This document shows, in pieces, positions 1 through 9,606 of a stretch of 64,000 nt of DNA. A model generated the notes under the pieces. It worked only from the letters and a program-made list of their open reading frames with translations, ran no database searches and was not told the origin of the DNA. Position numbers and translations under genes: made by a program. Origin of the DNA: a virus. Location of the stretch: positions 1 to 64,000 of the IMG/VR virus record IMGVR_UViG_3300025073_000027; one strand, given 5' to 3'. Position 1 is the first letter of the stretch. Each line of letters starts with the position of its first letter.

Positions 1-100
1 ATTATCTCTATAGTTTTTAAATATTATTAAAACATTATTTTTCATCACAAAAATTGAAGCAAACACATATTATCACATTATATTATTTTTGTCAAGATAA

Positions 101-145
101 AACGTAAATTCCCCTAACTTTTTTATTGTTAAGGAAATTTACGTT
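101..145 (-). terminator. Probable intrinsic terminator downstream of the Csx16-like gene
   Basis: Imperfect inverted repeat aacgtaaattcccctaac / gttaaggaaatttacgtt just past the stop at 175. Confidence 0.55.
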
Positions 146-174
146 AGTATATTTTAATTAATTAAAAATTTACA

Positions 175-981
175 TTATTGATTTTTAATTAATTGTAATA
201 CATTTCTCCATCCACCAGGCTTATCTAAATAATTAAATAATTGTATCCATTCATTTTTTTCTTCAATTACTCGAAACCATCTGAGTTTGGCTTCCGCATC
301 ATATAAATCATCTGTGGATAACGATGTACCAATTTGATCTGCTCGAATACCAGGAATATCAATTACTCCTACCCTTTTGGCAAGAGTACCCAATCTATAA
401 GGTAAAGTACCTACAACACTTTTACCTTTAATCTTATCTGGCATAGCTCTAACCGTAACTTCGCCTTGAACTCCATGTTGTCTAAGCCATTCAATATTAG
501 CTGGAAATTTGGTTACAATTATGGCCTCACTTTTTTCGTAATCAGATAATATTACATCAGATTCAAGTTTAGGTATTTCTGAAATACCATTATATTCCCT
601 ATCCATGTCCTCATCAACAATTTCTTCAATTATCTTATTCGCTTTTTCTTTTTTTCCATTATCATTTTCACTACGTTGAATTCCAACTTCTTCTAAAGAT
701 AACGGAATTCTTTCTCCAATAAGTGTATCTTTTTTGTCTCCAAATAGTTCAATAGATTTCATTCCAGTTCTACGAGCGTTAGTTTTAGTTAATATTTCTA
801 CTAAAATGGCTTTAGAAACATCATTCGGAGTATTATTTTCGCCAATAACAATTTCAAATTCCGCTTTTTTAGATGCATCTTTAATTTCTAAAAGAGCTTC
901 ATTTTTCTTGTCAAATGGTCCAATAAAAATTGGATCTCCTTGAGGAAAAATTCTTTTAAGTGAAACAAAATAATCAGCCAT
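175..981 (-). CDS. Two-domain protein with C-terminal Csx16-like (VVA1548 family) putative cyclic-oligoadenylate ring-nuclease/binding domain
   Basis: C-terminal IIVTKFPANIEWLRQHG...VVGTLPYRLG...GTSLSTDDL..AEAKLRWFRV resembles the Csx16 pattern SRHPGAxEWL...VIGTLPxxLA...GxELSxxEL..GAxL; RBS AAGGAG upstream. Confidence 0.7.
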   Translation of the reverse strand: MADYFVSLKRIFPQGDPIFIGPFDKKNEALLEIKDASKKAEFEIVIGENNTPNDVSKAILVEILTKTNARRTGMKSIELFGDKKDTLIGERIPLSLEEVGIQRSENDNGKKEKANKIIEEIVDEDMDREYNGISEIPKLESDVILSDYEKSEAIIVTKFPANIEWLRQHGVQGEVTVRAMPDKIKGKSVVGTLPYRLGTLAKRVGVIDIPGIRADQIGTSLSTDDLYDAEAKLRWFRVIEEKNEWIQLFNYLDKPGGWRNVLQLIKNQ

Positions 982-1057
982 TTTCTAATTCTCCTTTTTT
1001 AATATTTTATTACAATCTTTTTCATATCATTAATTGATACTTAAATAATTATGGTGT

Positions 1058-1086
1058 ATTATATTACATATGTTTATTATTGTCAA
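1058..1086 (-). promoter_or_regulatory. sigma70/sigmaA promoter for the Csx16-like gene
   Basis: Perfect TTGACA-17-TATAAT on the minus strand. Confidence 0.8.
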
Positions 1087-1454
1087 TAGTTAAAATTTAT
1101 TTGTTCTATATTTATTGCTTTATTCTTACTATTTTATATATTTTATCATGTTATTTTACATTGTCAAGTACATTTTTATATCTTAACAAAATCTTAACAT
1201 GATAAATTTATAAATATTAAATGAATAACTTTCATAATTATCAATAATTATGACACAAATATTGCACATTTAATTTACGATTTAGAAACTACTGGTTGTT
1301 TCTTTTTTTTCTTTTTGGTATTGCTTTCATAAATAACATTACCTTTATCATCTGTAATTTTTATAGGAGTATTAGGCAAGGCTTCTTTCATCAATTCAAT
1401 AATATAATTGTAATTCTTTTTCTTCATTATTTTATTATCCTTTATCTATTATAA

Positions 1455-1488
1455 AATAAAATAACCCTAATAAAAGGGTTATTTTATT
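1455..1488. terminator. Bidirectional hairpin terminator
   Basis: aataaaataaccc-taataaaa-gggttattttatt, 13-bp perfect stem; also contains a copy of the 18-bp junction palindrome. Confidence 0.6.
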
Positions 1489-1521
1489 AGATCTATAAAG
1501 TTGCTCTGTTATACAAAAAAA

Positions 1522-1800
1522 TTAAAATATATAAAACATTTCATTCAAAATATAAATAACTATCGTATATACTGGTACTAATACTATTCCCGCTATCAAT
1601 GACGCAAAACCCCATTTAATAATAAAAACTATCATTGAATCAAAATTCATCCAGATATCATTTACCACTATTGGAGTAGGTTTTAGATGTTCCTCTTTTT
1701 GTTGTTTCAATAATTCACGTATTTCTAATAATAATTCAACCTGTTCTTCAATTAATGTTACCGGGCTTTTTTGAGATGGTGATTGAAATTGATTAGCCAT
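1522..1800 (-). CDS. Small membrane protein
   Basis: Coiled N-terminus, long hydrophobic C-terminal segment; RBS AAGGAG. Confidence 0.7.
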   Translation of the reverse strand: MANQFQSPSQKSPVTLIEEQVELLLEIRELLKQQKEEHLKPTPIVVNDIWMNFDSMIVFIIKWGFASLIAGIVLVPVYTIVIYILNEMFYIF

Positions 1801-1844
1801 AACAATTCTCCTTTCATCAATTATACGATTTATAATATTACATT

Positions 1845-1873
1845 AGTATATAAAAAGAATGCAATATTGTCAA
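1845..1873 (-). promoter_or_regulatory. sigma70-type promoter
   Basis: TTGACA-17-TATACT on the minus strand upstream of 1800. Confidence 0.65.
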
Positions 1874-1921
1874 CCCATTAATTATTAAGAAGTTGTTATG
1901 GCTAATAAAAACTGAATTTTA

Positions 1922-2887
1922 TTATTTATTTTGACTACAAACATTATTATAATCAACCAAGCAATCAAGACAATTATTCTTACAAATTACATCTTCGTGT
2001 GTATTATGATTTAATGACCAGCGATAACGTTCTTCTCGCATTTTACTAGAAACTTTTCCTATTGGTTCACCACCTTCTCGCATATGAATTACACAAGGAA
2101 AATGCCAATTTCCAGCCACCACAGAATCATCTTGAACAAGATAACATCGATTAGTGTCACCATTATTAATACCACGAACATTTCTACCAGAAATCAAATT
2201 ATTTACCCTATATTTTAAAACGGGATGAGCACTTAAAATATCTTCTGATAAATGTTCTAATTTAGATAATAATCCATTATATTGTGCTGCGGTAATAATT
2301 CGTATATCGCTTACACCTAAATCATGAGCAAATTTAATAACATCTACAACTGTAGACTCAGTTTCTTTTGTTAACACTATACCGACTGTTACGTATGTTT
2401 CTTTAGATAACCATTCAATATTATTGATTACTGTTTGAAAATATCCCTTACGACCAGCCATTTTATCAGCATTTTCAGCGCAACAAGCATCTAAACTAAT
2501 TGAGAAATCATTTACACCCGCATCCAATAAAGATTCATATTTTTCTTTAGGAAGAGATCCGTTACTAGAAATTGCAATTCGATTTATGCCTCCTTTTTTT
2601 GCCATTTGAACCAAGTCTAAAATTCTAGGATAAAGAGTTGGTTCACCTCCTGAAAAACGAATATTTTTTAATTTATCTTCTATCCAATTAGATATAACAA
2701 ATGAAGCATTTGCAAAATCAATATGTCCATTACAATCTTTACTATAGGCTTCAACACCTCTGCAATAAGGACATCTAAAATTACAAAAAGATGTAACTAT
2801 CATTTCGCATCTTTCTAAATGTAAATGGGTTTCTCTAGCTCTTTTATCAGTTAATGTATAAAACCCTATATTATTCAAAGAATACAT
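1922..2887 (-). CDS. Radical SAM protein (MoaA-like fold, Cys-rich C-terminus)
   Basis: CNFRCPYC motif, FSGGEP, ISSNG, SISLD; start probably ATG 2887 or TTG 2878 rather than 2932. Confidence 0.9.
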   Translation of the reverse strand: MYSLNNIGFYTLTDKRARETHLHLERCEMIVTSFCNFRCPYCRGVEAYSKDCNGHIDFANASFVISNWIEDKLKNIRFSGGEPTLYPRILDLVQMAKKGGINRIAISSNGSLPKEKYESLLDAGVNDFSISLDACCAENADKMAGRKGYFQTVINNIEWLSKETYVTVGIVLTKETESTVVDVIKFAHDLGVSDIRIITAAQYNGLLSKLEHLSEDILSAHPVLKYRVNNLISGRNVRGINNGDTNRCYLVQDDSVVAGNWHFPCVIHMREGGEPIGKVSSKMREERYRWSLNHNTHEDVICKNNCLDCLVDYNNVCSQNK

Positions 2888-3161
2888 AATAAAATTCCTT
2901 TTCTCTAAAATGTGTCCAGCAATATTCATCATTAATTATAAACATAACCGCAAATTCCTTATCTTTTGGACGACACATAAGTTTTTCGGCTTCTATATAA
3001 CCAATTGCATATTTTATTAATATGTTAGATTTTTCTATTATGTCATAATATTTACAAACAACACCTATTTCAGTCCATATGTCAATACCATATAACCATC
3101 TCAACCAATCAAAAGAGTCTATGGGTAATTTTGGTATTATACAAACTTTATTATAAAACAT
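2871..3161 (-). CDS. Hypothetical phage protein
   Basis: 96-aa ORF in the co-oriented array. Confidence 0.6.
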   Translation of the reverse strand: MFYNKVCIIPKLPIDSFDWLRWLYGIDIWTEIGVVCKYYDIIEKSNILIKYAIGYIEAEKLMCRPKDKEFAVMFIINDEYCWTHFREKEFYYVFFE

Positions 3162-3166
3162 AGATT

Positions 3167-3391
3167 TTATACAAACAAATACCCAACAATTCGAATTTTC
3201 TGACTATGGATAAAATGAAGATCATCATCATAAAGATTATTATAATAATCAATGGCCTCATGTAATCTTTCTGATGTGACATCCAATTTTTTAGATCCAT
3301 TAGCAAGTTCAATAGCCACAACTACATACGATAATGTTTTAGTATTAATCGCACGTTCAAACGCATTTAAAAACTCTTCTTTTTTATTCAT
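3167..3391 (-). CDS. Hypothetical phage protein, paralog of 5306-5545
   Basis: Shares KEE...TLSY.V.A...DD.L....K..IV.YL.V with 5306-5545. Confidence 0.75.
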   Translation of the reverse strand: MNKKEEFLNAFERAINTKTLSYVVVAIELANGSKKLDVTSERLHEAIDYYNNLYDDDLHFIHSQKIRIVGYLFV

Positions 3392-3469
3392 TATCTTGCC
3401 CCTTTCGTTTACTAACTATTTTTATTTTAAGTATTTATTTTATGTTTTATATTTATTATAAAACAACAA

Positions 3470-3670
3470 TTATACTTTTTCCCAATATGTTATAAAAGAA
3501 TAAAATGTCCAGCATTTAGGACAACAATAATCAGAAAAAATCGCATCATATTCATCATCACAATCACTATCAAAATCCATTTCTGATACTGTTCCTATCC
3601 ATCCACATTTAAAACATTTATATAATTGTTCTGTATCTATTATATCTCCATATTTATCCTCATATATCAT
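3470..3670 (-). CDS. Small zinc-finger protein
   Basis: CFKC and CPKC pairs; RBS AAGGA places start near 3670. Confidence 0.65.
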   Translation of the reverse strand: MIYEDKYGDIIDTEQLYKCFKCGWIGTVSEMDFDSDCDDEYDAIFSDYCCPKCWTFYSFITYWEKV

Positions 3671-3691
3671 TATTATTTCCTTATAAAACAA

Positions 3692-3913
3692 CTATTTTAT
3701 AATAATATTATATTTTTCTATTTTTTGTTCTACGTTTTTTCTTGCTTCTTCTAATGTCTCGCCATAACCATAAATCGTAATTTCAATGTCATTAATAATT
3801 AATTCTTTTTCAGCAATTATTATATAACTAGAATTAGTTGCTATACAATTTTCTATTGTTATAACATTATTGCAGCTTTTATGTATATAAAATTCAAAAT
3901 CTGATTTATTCAT
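3692..3913 (-). CDS. Hypothetical protein
   Basis: ORF with RBS GAGGA, bounded by junction palindromes. Confidence 0.65.
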   Translation of the reverse strand: MNKSDFEFYIHKSCNNVITIENCIATNSSYIIIAEKELIINDIEITIYGYGETLEEARKNVEQKIEKYNIIIK

Positions 3914-4583
3914 TATTGTTTTTCCTCATAAAATATCCACTTTATTCATCTAATGAAAATAGAAGCAGTATCATAATCTAGCATTTCACCATCTAACTTC
4001 AATTCCACTTTAATATATTGAATACCGTCATCTATATCACTGTAAATATAAATTCTAAGATTTTTATCTATATATTCTTTTATTAATTTTCTAATAGTAT
4101 CATCTAATTCTTTATCCATAATGTTTCCTCATAAAATATCTATTTCATTCATCATCTTTTTGTTTAACACTAATAAGAGCAGGTATTAAAAATGCCCATA
4201 AACAATAAGTGTTATGTGTTAAATAAATACCTACCGATATAGCAAACGCTGTTACTATCCAAGCTGTTCCATATGCAATATAAGCCCATTTATAATAATC
4301 CATACAATCTCCTTATAAAAAGTATATTTTATTCCTGATACCCAAACTGTATATGCTGCATAGCCCAATCGTGTACTATGCTCTGTTTTTCAATTGCACT
4401 CAATGAATACCATTCATCTTCATCTAAAACATATTCTGTTACGTCAATTTCTTCTTCTACTGATTCGGAATTCAAATCTACCCAAAATCTAACTCTCATT
4501 TTATGCTCCTAATGTTAAAGAATTCAGAACGATTTAATTTTTTAACAAACCTATACGAATAATAATACTATCAAACAAAAGTT

Positions 4584-4880
4584 TTATTCTGTTATTTCTT
4601 TCGCTGTTAAATCCCATCGATCTAAATCAGGAGATTCAATAATCCTCGCATTACTATCTGGTTGATCTGCCCAACCATCCAAATGAGAAAGACTCCACCC
4701 ATTGATAATCAAATTATATGCAATATGTTCGGCAATATCTTCTGGTGTGTACAAATCATATAATGCAGATCTCCACTCATCATCTACAACATCAATTACT
4801 GCATCATCTAACTCGATTATAGCAGTGTCAACATATTCTCCATACATTTCAAAATCGACTTCAAATTTTCTTTTAGACAT
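4584..4880 (-). CDS. Acidic hypothetical protein
   Basis: RBS AAGGAG; stop lies within a junction palindrome. Confidence 0.7.
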   Translation of the reverse strand: MSKRKFEVDFEMYGEYVDTAIIELDDAVIDVVDDEWRSALYDLYTPEDIAEHIAYNLIINGWSLSHLDGWADQPDSNARIIESPDLDRWDLTAKEITE

Positions 4881-5096
4881 TTTTATCTCCTTATTTATTA
4901 TAAATCTAAGATTCTATGGTTTATCTACAATATAATCATAAATAAAATACTCATACGCATTTTCAAAATTATCGTTTGCGTAATCTTCTGCCAATTTTTT
5001 AGATGAAAAGACTCCCTTTACGATTGTGCCACAAGAATAATCATCAAATATTAGTATATACACTTTCATTATATAATCCCTTATGAAACGGAAATT

Positions 5097-5285
5097 TTAT
5101 TGATTATAAACAGTTGTTGTAATAAGTTCTACCCTATAATAAAGTAAGCGTTCGCCATCTTTCAATTCTTTTCTCTTTAAGTATTCACTGTATGCTTCAT
5201 CATAATTATCAAATTCCATGCTAAAACTCCCATATCCATAACACACAATTTCATATCTTGTTTTTTCGCTCATGTTATGCCTCAT
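5097..5285 (-). CDS. Hypothetical protein
   Basis: Short ORF bounded by palindromes; likely start at MSEK. Confidence 0.6.
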   Translation of the reverse strand: MRHNMSEKTRYEIVCYGYGSFSMEFDNYDEAYSEYLKRKELKDGERLLYYRVELITTTVYNQ

Positions 5286-5305
5286 AAAATAGAATCTTTA
5301 TCCTG

Positions 5306-5545
5306 TTATACAATCAAATAATCAACTATTTTTACCTTTTTATTATTATACAACTCCAAATTGTCATCAAAAGCTCTGAGTATAAAATCTAATTTTTGAT
5401 AAAACCCATCCGAAATAGTAATCAATTCCATAAATCCTTCTGGATTTTGTACGGCATATACTATATAACTTAAAGTTCTTTTGCCACTTGTTAAGTCAAA
5501 CTTTCGAATTAATTCTTCTTTTCTAGTCATTCTGTTATACCCCAC
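5306..5545 (-). CDS. Hypothetical phage protein, paralog of 3167-3391
   Basis: Visible similarity to 3167-3391. Confidence 0.7.
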   Translation of the reverse strand: MGYNRMTRKEELIRKFDLTSGKRTLSYIVYAVQNPEGFMELITISDGFYQKLDFILRAFDDNLELYNNKKVKIVDYLIV

Positions 5546-5597
5546 ATATATTAATAATTATTGTTTATTATATTATAAAACCTGCAATTTATATTGG

Positions 5598-5876
5598 TTA
5601 ATCTGCTATAAATTCTCTCATATCTTCCTTAAACTTTTTGACATCATCACCAGATAATAATAGATCATAGAGATTAAACTCTTTTCCTGTGATTGCCCAC
5701 CAAATCATCTGTAGACGGATCTTTAAAGATTTTTGAATTGGATAGGAATTACTGCTGAAACTGGTTATATAATGAATAATCGTTAATTCATCAATTCCAT
5801 CATACTCATCAAGAATAAACTTTAAAGAACTGCAACTTCCAATACAACCACAATCAACTCGAATTTCTTTTTCCAT
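5598..5876 (-). CDS. Hypothetical protein
   Basis: RBS AAGGAG, CxC motif. Confidence 0.7.
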   Translation of the reverse strand: MEKEIRVDCGCIGSCSSLKFILDEYDGIDELTIIHYITSFSSNSYPIQKSLKIRLQMIWWAITGKEFNLYDLLLSGDDVKKFKEDMREFIAD

Positions 5877-5885
5877 ATACTCTCC

Positions 5886-6125
5886 TTAACAAAATAACGA
5901 AATCAATATATAAACTGTAAACATTACACCAGCAGCCTTCAACCACTTTACTATTTGGCTTGCTAAACCTGTTCCCATTTCTCTATATGGTATAGTCTGA
6001 TATCCTCTGCCAACAGGAGCTTCAACAATCACATGATCACCTTTGCCATTCCTTACTGTTAAACCAGATTTTTTAGCTTGTTTAGCAAGGTAACGACCGT
6101 CTCGCATTTTTTCAGTGATCTTCAT
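5886..6125 (-). CDS. HicA-like (dsRBD-fold) RNase, orphan, hydrophobic C-terminal tail
   Basis: SGLTVRNGKGDHVIV...TIPYREMGTGLASQIVK matches the HicA GxH pattern; start at ATG 6125. Confidence 0.7.
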   Translation of the reverse strand: MKITEKMRDGRYLAKQAKKSGLTVRNGKGDHVIVEAPVGRGYQTIPYREMGTGLASQIVKWLKAAGVMFTVYILISLFC

Positions 6126-6462
6126 CCTGTACCTCACTCTCATCTTCATCGATAAGAATTTCCTCCTCATTTACCTGGATATTTACAATAAATCCTCTAT
6201 CTATAAAGTAAACTTGCAAGTCATCAACTAATTCTTTTACTTGCTCTGGTGTTACCCAATCGTCAAAAGTAATTTTTGCAATAGTATTCATGTTCTTAGT
6301 CCTCTTTCAATAGATTAAAAGTTAAATAAATCTTATCACGTTTTTCTTTTTGTTGACGCTGTTTTTTAAGAGATTCTTTTTTGGCGGTTTCTTTGTTTTT
6401 TTCATTATCGTTATTTTTCATTTTATTACCTATATATTACCAATTTATAAATTCTAACTCCA

Positions 6463-6491
6463 AGTTTATCACTTTTTTGCTAATCTGTCAA
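6463..6491 (-). promoter_or_regulatory. Extended -10 sigma70-type promoter
   Basis: TTGACA-17-TAAACT with TG extension. Confidence 0.6.
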
Positions 6492-6612
6492 TAGTAGAAC
6501 CGGACTTATTTTCAGATTTTTCATATTTACCTATAAAATAACCACTCAAAATTGAAATTATAATAATAATAGCTATTTCTACTGGTAACATATTATCTCC
6601 TATTTATTATAG

Positions 6613-6657
6613 TTTCGTAAATTGTCACTAAATCAAAAATAGTGACAAGATACGAAA
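6613..6657 (-). terminator. Hairpin/terminator
   Basis: tttcgta..ttgtcacta / tagtgacaa..tacgaaa inverted repeat after stop 6674. Confidence 0.5.
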
Positions 6658-6673
6658 TAAAATGCCTCTTCTA

Positions 6674-6937
6674 TCACTCAAAATAACCGACTGATAACAC
6701 CCATACCTTACCTAGAGGTTGATTGTCGTCAATTGAAACCAACTCCCATAAATTTAATCCATTGATATCTTCGCCATACATTTTTAAAATATCAAGAAGT
6801 TCTTCAAGGGTATTAATTTCTAAAGATCCATATGTTGAACTAGGATGTTCCTCTAAGTATGCAACTTGCTTAAGGGTATCCTTATTTTTATCTTCAAATC
6901 TTGTATAAAATTTCATATTATTCTCCTTATCAAACAC
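6674..6937 (-). CDS. Hypothetical protein
   Basis: ORF between palindromes; true start probably MKFY. Confidence 0.65.
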   Translation of the reverse strand: MFDKENNMKFYTRFEDKNKDTLKQVAYLEEHPSSTYGSLEINTLEELLDILKMYGEDINGLNLWELVSIDDNQPLGKVWVLSVGYFE

Positions 6938-6942
6938 TCATT

Positions 6943-7281
6943 TTATTCCATGCCTGGAAAATTAGTTTCTACATTATTCTTACCAAACATATCTTCAATT
7001 TCTCCGAGTTCTTCTGAAAGTGTCAATGCAGACTTATTCGGATATTGCATTCTAATTCTTTCAGCAATGCTATAAACAACTCCCGCACCTTCTGTGTGTT
7101 CTAGGGCATATCTTTCGGCCCACATACATAGAATTCTAAGTTCATGCCAATTTATAGTTATATCTACCTGATTGTCATATGTACAAGGAACACTTGTGGT
7201 TTTACAGTTTGGACAACATTCCATATCATCAGTAAATTCTTCTATATCTAATCCGCACATTGTACAAAATCCTTCTGTCAT
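6943..7281 (-). CDS. Zinc-ribbon-containing hypothetical protein
   Basis: CTMC...CPNC; RBS GGGAG. Confidence 0.75.
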   Translation of the reverse strand: MTEGFCTMCGLDIEEFTDDMECCPNCKTTSVPCTYDNQVDITINWHELRILCMWAERYALEHTEGAGVVYSIAERIRMQYPNKSALTLSEELGEIEDMFGKNNVETNFPGME

Positions 7282-7309
7282 TATATCTCCCTTATCAAAA
7301 CTTATTTTT

Positions 7310-7570
7310 TTATTCTGGTATCCAGGCTGGTAATCCAGCCTTTACACAATCTTCGATTGTCGCCCATCTTCCATCTGATTCAACATCGACTATTTTGTAG
7401 TCCTTGATTGGATCATTCCAAATAGCAATATATTCAACAACCTGCTCTGGATTCTCAAACGTTATGGCTTCTGGCTGTCCACATGGATCAAGTTCGCTCC
7501 AAAATCCAAAACCCATACATTCGCCCAAAAATATTCCGTAGCCTTTTTTATATAAAACATACCTTTTCAT
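7310..7570 (-). CDS. Hypothetical protein
   Basis: ORF in array. Confidence 0.7.
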   Translation of the reverse strand: MKRYVLYKKGYGIFLGECMGFGFWSELDPCGQPEAITFENPEQVVEYIAIWNDPIKDYKIVDVESDGRWATIEDCVKAGLPAWIPE

Positions 7571-7781
7571 AATTATTTATGCCATCTTTTATTAATTTCT
7601 TGAAGAATTCTTAATAAATTATTTTGATGATTTTCTCTACTTCCATCTTGTGCAAAGAATTTCAATTCTAATTCTCGATAGTACAATTTCCAAAGATGAT
7701 CTAAACTAGAATTTTTTAATACATTATCTGTTATGTCTGCGCTTGACATTATAAACTCCTCATCATAAAATCAGACTTCTA

Positions 7782-8027
7782 TTATATTGGATTTCCGTAA
7801 AACTTATTATTTTTAATTTGTTCTTCGGTTAGCCCCAAGTCTCTTAACAATTTTTCGGTTTCTAAATAATCTAAATACGATGGTAACTTGGAATCCGAAC
7901 CTCTGCAAACAATATTTTCTCTATTGATATTTAAATATTCTACCACTTTGTTTAATTTGTAATATGGACATTGAGCAGAATAAAGTTTATTATTTATTTT
8001 TATCGTATAGAAATATATCTTAGGCAT
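7782..8027 (-). CDS. Hypothetical protein
   Basis: RBS AAGGA; palindromes on both sides. Confidence 0.65.
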   Translation of the reverse strand: MPKIYFYTIKINNKLYSAQCPYYKLNKVVEYLNINRENIVCRGSDSKLPSYLDYLETEKLLRDLGLTEEQIKNNKFYGNPI

Positions 8028-8054
8028 TGTTTATTTTCCTTATAAATCGGGCTT

Positions 8055-8333
8055 CTATTTTTCTTCCATTTGATTAACATAATCCAGATAAATCGGATTA
8101 TCCAAATCCATTTGCTCATGACCGTTATCACAAACGCTATCATCTGCTGGAACATGCCCTCCACATTTATAACAAGGATAGCATAAAGGCAAACCCATTA
8201 ATGCAAATTCTGGATCTCTACAAATGTAGCAGTTTTCATTGTACACTGAAGGTATCTCAATTTTATGTTTACCGGACAATCCTTCTTCTAGCAACCAATA
8301 TGCAGGATCACTTTTTTTCATTGGTACTGACAT
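8055..8333 (-). CDS. Cys-rich zinc-binding hypothetical protein
   Basis: CYIC, CYPCYKC, C-x-x-x-H. Confidence 0.75.
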   Translation of the reverse strand: MSVPMKKSDPAYWLLEEGLSGKHKIEIPSVYNENCYICRDPEFALMGLPLCYPCYKCGGHVPADDSVCDNGHEQMDLDNPIYLDYVNQMEEK

Positions 8334-8337
8334 TATC

Positions 8338-8559
8338 TTATCCTTTATTTATTTTTATTCTATTACGGCCCAACTTCAATTTATAATTTTCGTATCTAAT
8401 TAATGGAGCTTCGCATCCCCAACTATATTCTTTCCTGTATTCATTATAATAACGATCTTTTTTCCAATAAAGTTCAAAAGATTCTTTATTATAATAAACT
8501 GCAAATCTCCACAATTCCTTACACTTAAGTTGTGTAATTTTTATCTTAGGTTCTTTCAT
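8338..8559 (-). CDS. Hypothetical protein
   Basis: ORF in array. Confidence 0.6.
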   Translation of the reverse strand: MKEPKIKITQLKCKELWRFAVYYNKESFELYWKKDRYYNEYRKEYSWGCEAPLIRYENYKLKLGRNRIKINKG

Positions 8560-8601
8560 AGTTCTCTATCTTTATCCTTTATGTAGTATGAAATTGAGCT
8601 T

Positions 8602-8862
8602 TTATTTTCTATTCTTAATTTTTTCAATTATTTTACTTGGTACAACATTATCTCTTATATCTGTTTCTACCCCGCACTCAGGGCATTTGAATGTTATATA
8701 GGTTTCATTGCTTCCATCATAATGACTAGAATAGGTAAAATATAGATTATCTTCTTCAACCAATAATTTTGCTCCACATCCTCCATTCCCATTACCTTTT
8801 CCCGTACACTTTTCTTTTATGCTCCAACCCTTTTGTCCAGATCCAGATTGCAAGATTTTCAT
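8602..8862 (-). CDS. Zinc-ribbon protein
   Basis: CTGKGNGNGGCG...CPECG; RBS GAGG. Confidence 0.75.
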   Translation of the reverse strand: MKILQSGSGQKGWSIKEKCTGKGNGNGGCGAKLLVEEDNLYFTYSSHYDGSNETYITFKCPECGVETDIRDNVVPSKIIEKIKNRK

Positions 8863-8887
8863 TGTGACCTCTTATAAAATCGAACTT

Positions 8888-9145
8888 CTATTGTAAACCT
8901 TCTTTACTTCTAAGAAATAGACGTAATGCCTCCGAAAACGCAATATTCCACCTCTCATTATAGCCCTTTACTTTTTCTGACTGTTTATGTAATTTATCGC
9001 TTATTTTATTATTGCCTGTTTGTTCAAATGCCTTAGCTAAGTCATCTAATTCTCTAGATATATAATGCAAACTATCATATAAATTGATGCTCTCATTAAT
9101 TAATTTATATTCTGGTTCTTCTTCTAATTTTTTTATGCTTTTCAT
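8888..9145 (-). CDS. Helical hypothetical protein
   Basis: ORF between palindromes. Confidence 0.65.
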   Translation of the reverse strand: MKSIKKLEEEPEYKLINESINLYDSLHYISRELDDLAKAFEQTGNNKISDKLHKQSEKVKGYNERWNIAFSEALRLFLRSKEGLQ

Positions 9146-9173
9146 TTATATATTCCCTTATCAAATCTTACTT

Positions 9174-9404
9174 TTATTCATTGCCTTCCCATTTTGACCA
9201 ATCACAAGTTACACCATCAAATTCCCAAACACCGCTTCCCATACCTCTGCCAATTCTCATACAAGGCATTCCTTCAATATAAAAAGTTTGGTAAACAATA
9301 CCATCATTATTCTCTTTGCTAGGCAATACATTCACACCACCCGAAACAGAACAACTAGAAAGAAAAACTAAAACAAGCAATAATAAAACAGTGAACTTTT
9401 TCAT
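9174..9404 (-). CDS. Putative lipoprotein
   Basis: MKK + hydrophobic stretch + LSSC lipobox. Confidence 0.7.
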   Translation of the reverse strand: MKKFTVLLLLVLVFLSSCSVSGGVNVLPSKENNDGIVYQTFYIEGMPCMRIGRGMGSGVWEFDGVTCDWSKWEGNE

Positions 9405-9606
9405 TTTTTATCTCCTTTTTTTATTATATTAATTCTTCTTTATTATTATTTTCATTTTCTAAATTTTGTATCATAGCCAAAGCATCATCAAAATGCTCAT
9501 ATTCCATAAATTCTTGATATTTTTGCAATTCACCAAATATTTCCCATGCTAATTCCAATAAATTTTTGATTGTTGTTTTATCTTTATCCATTATAAAACT
9601 CTGTTT

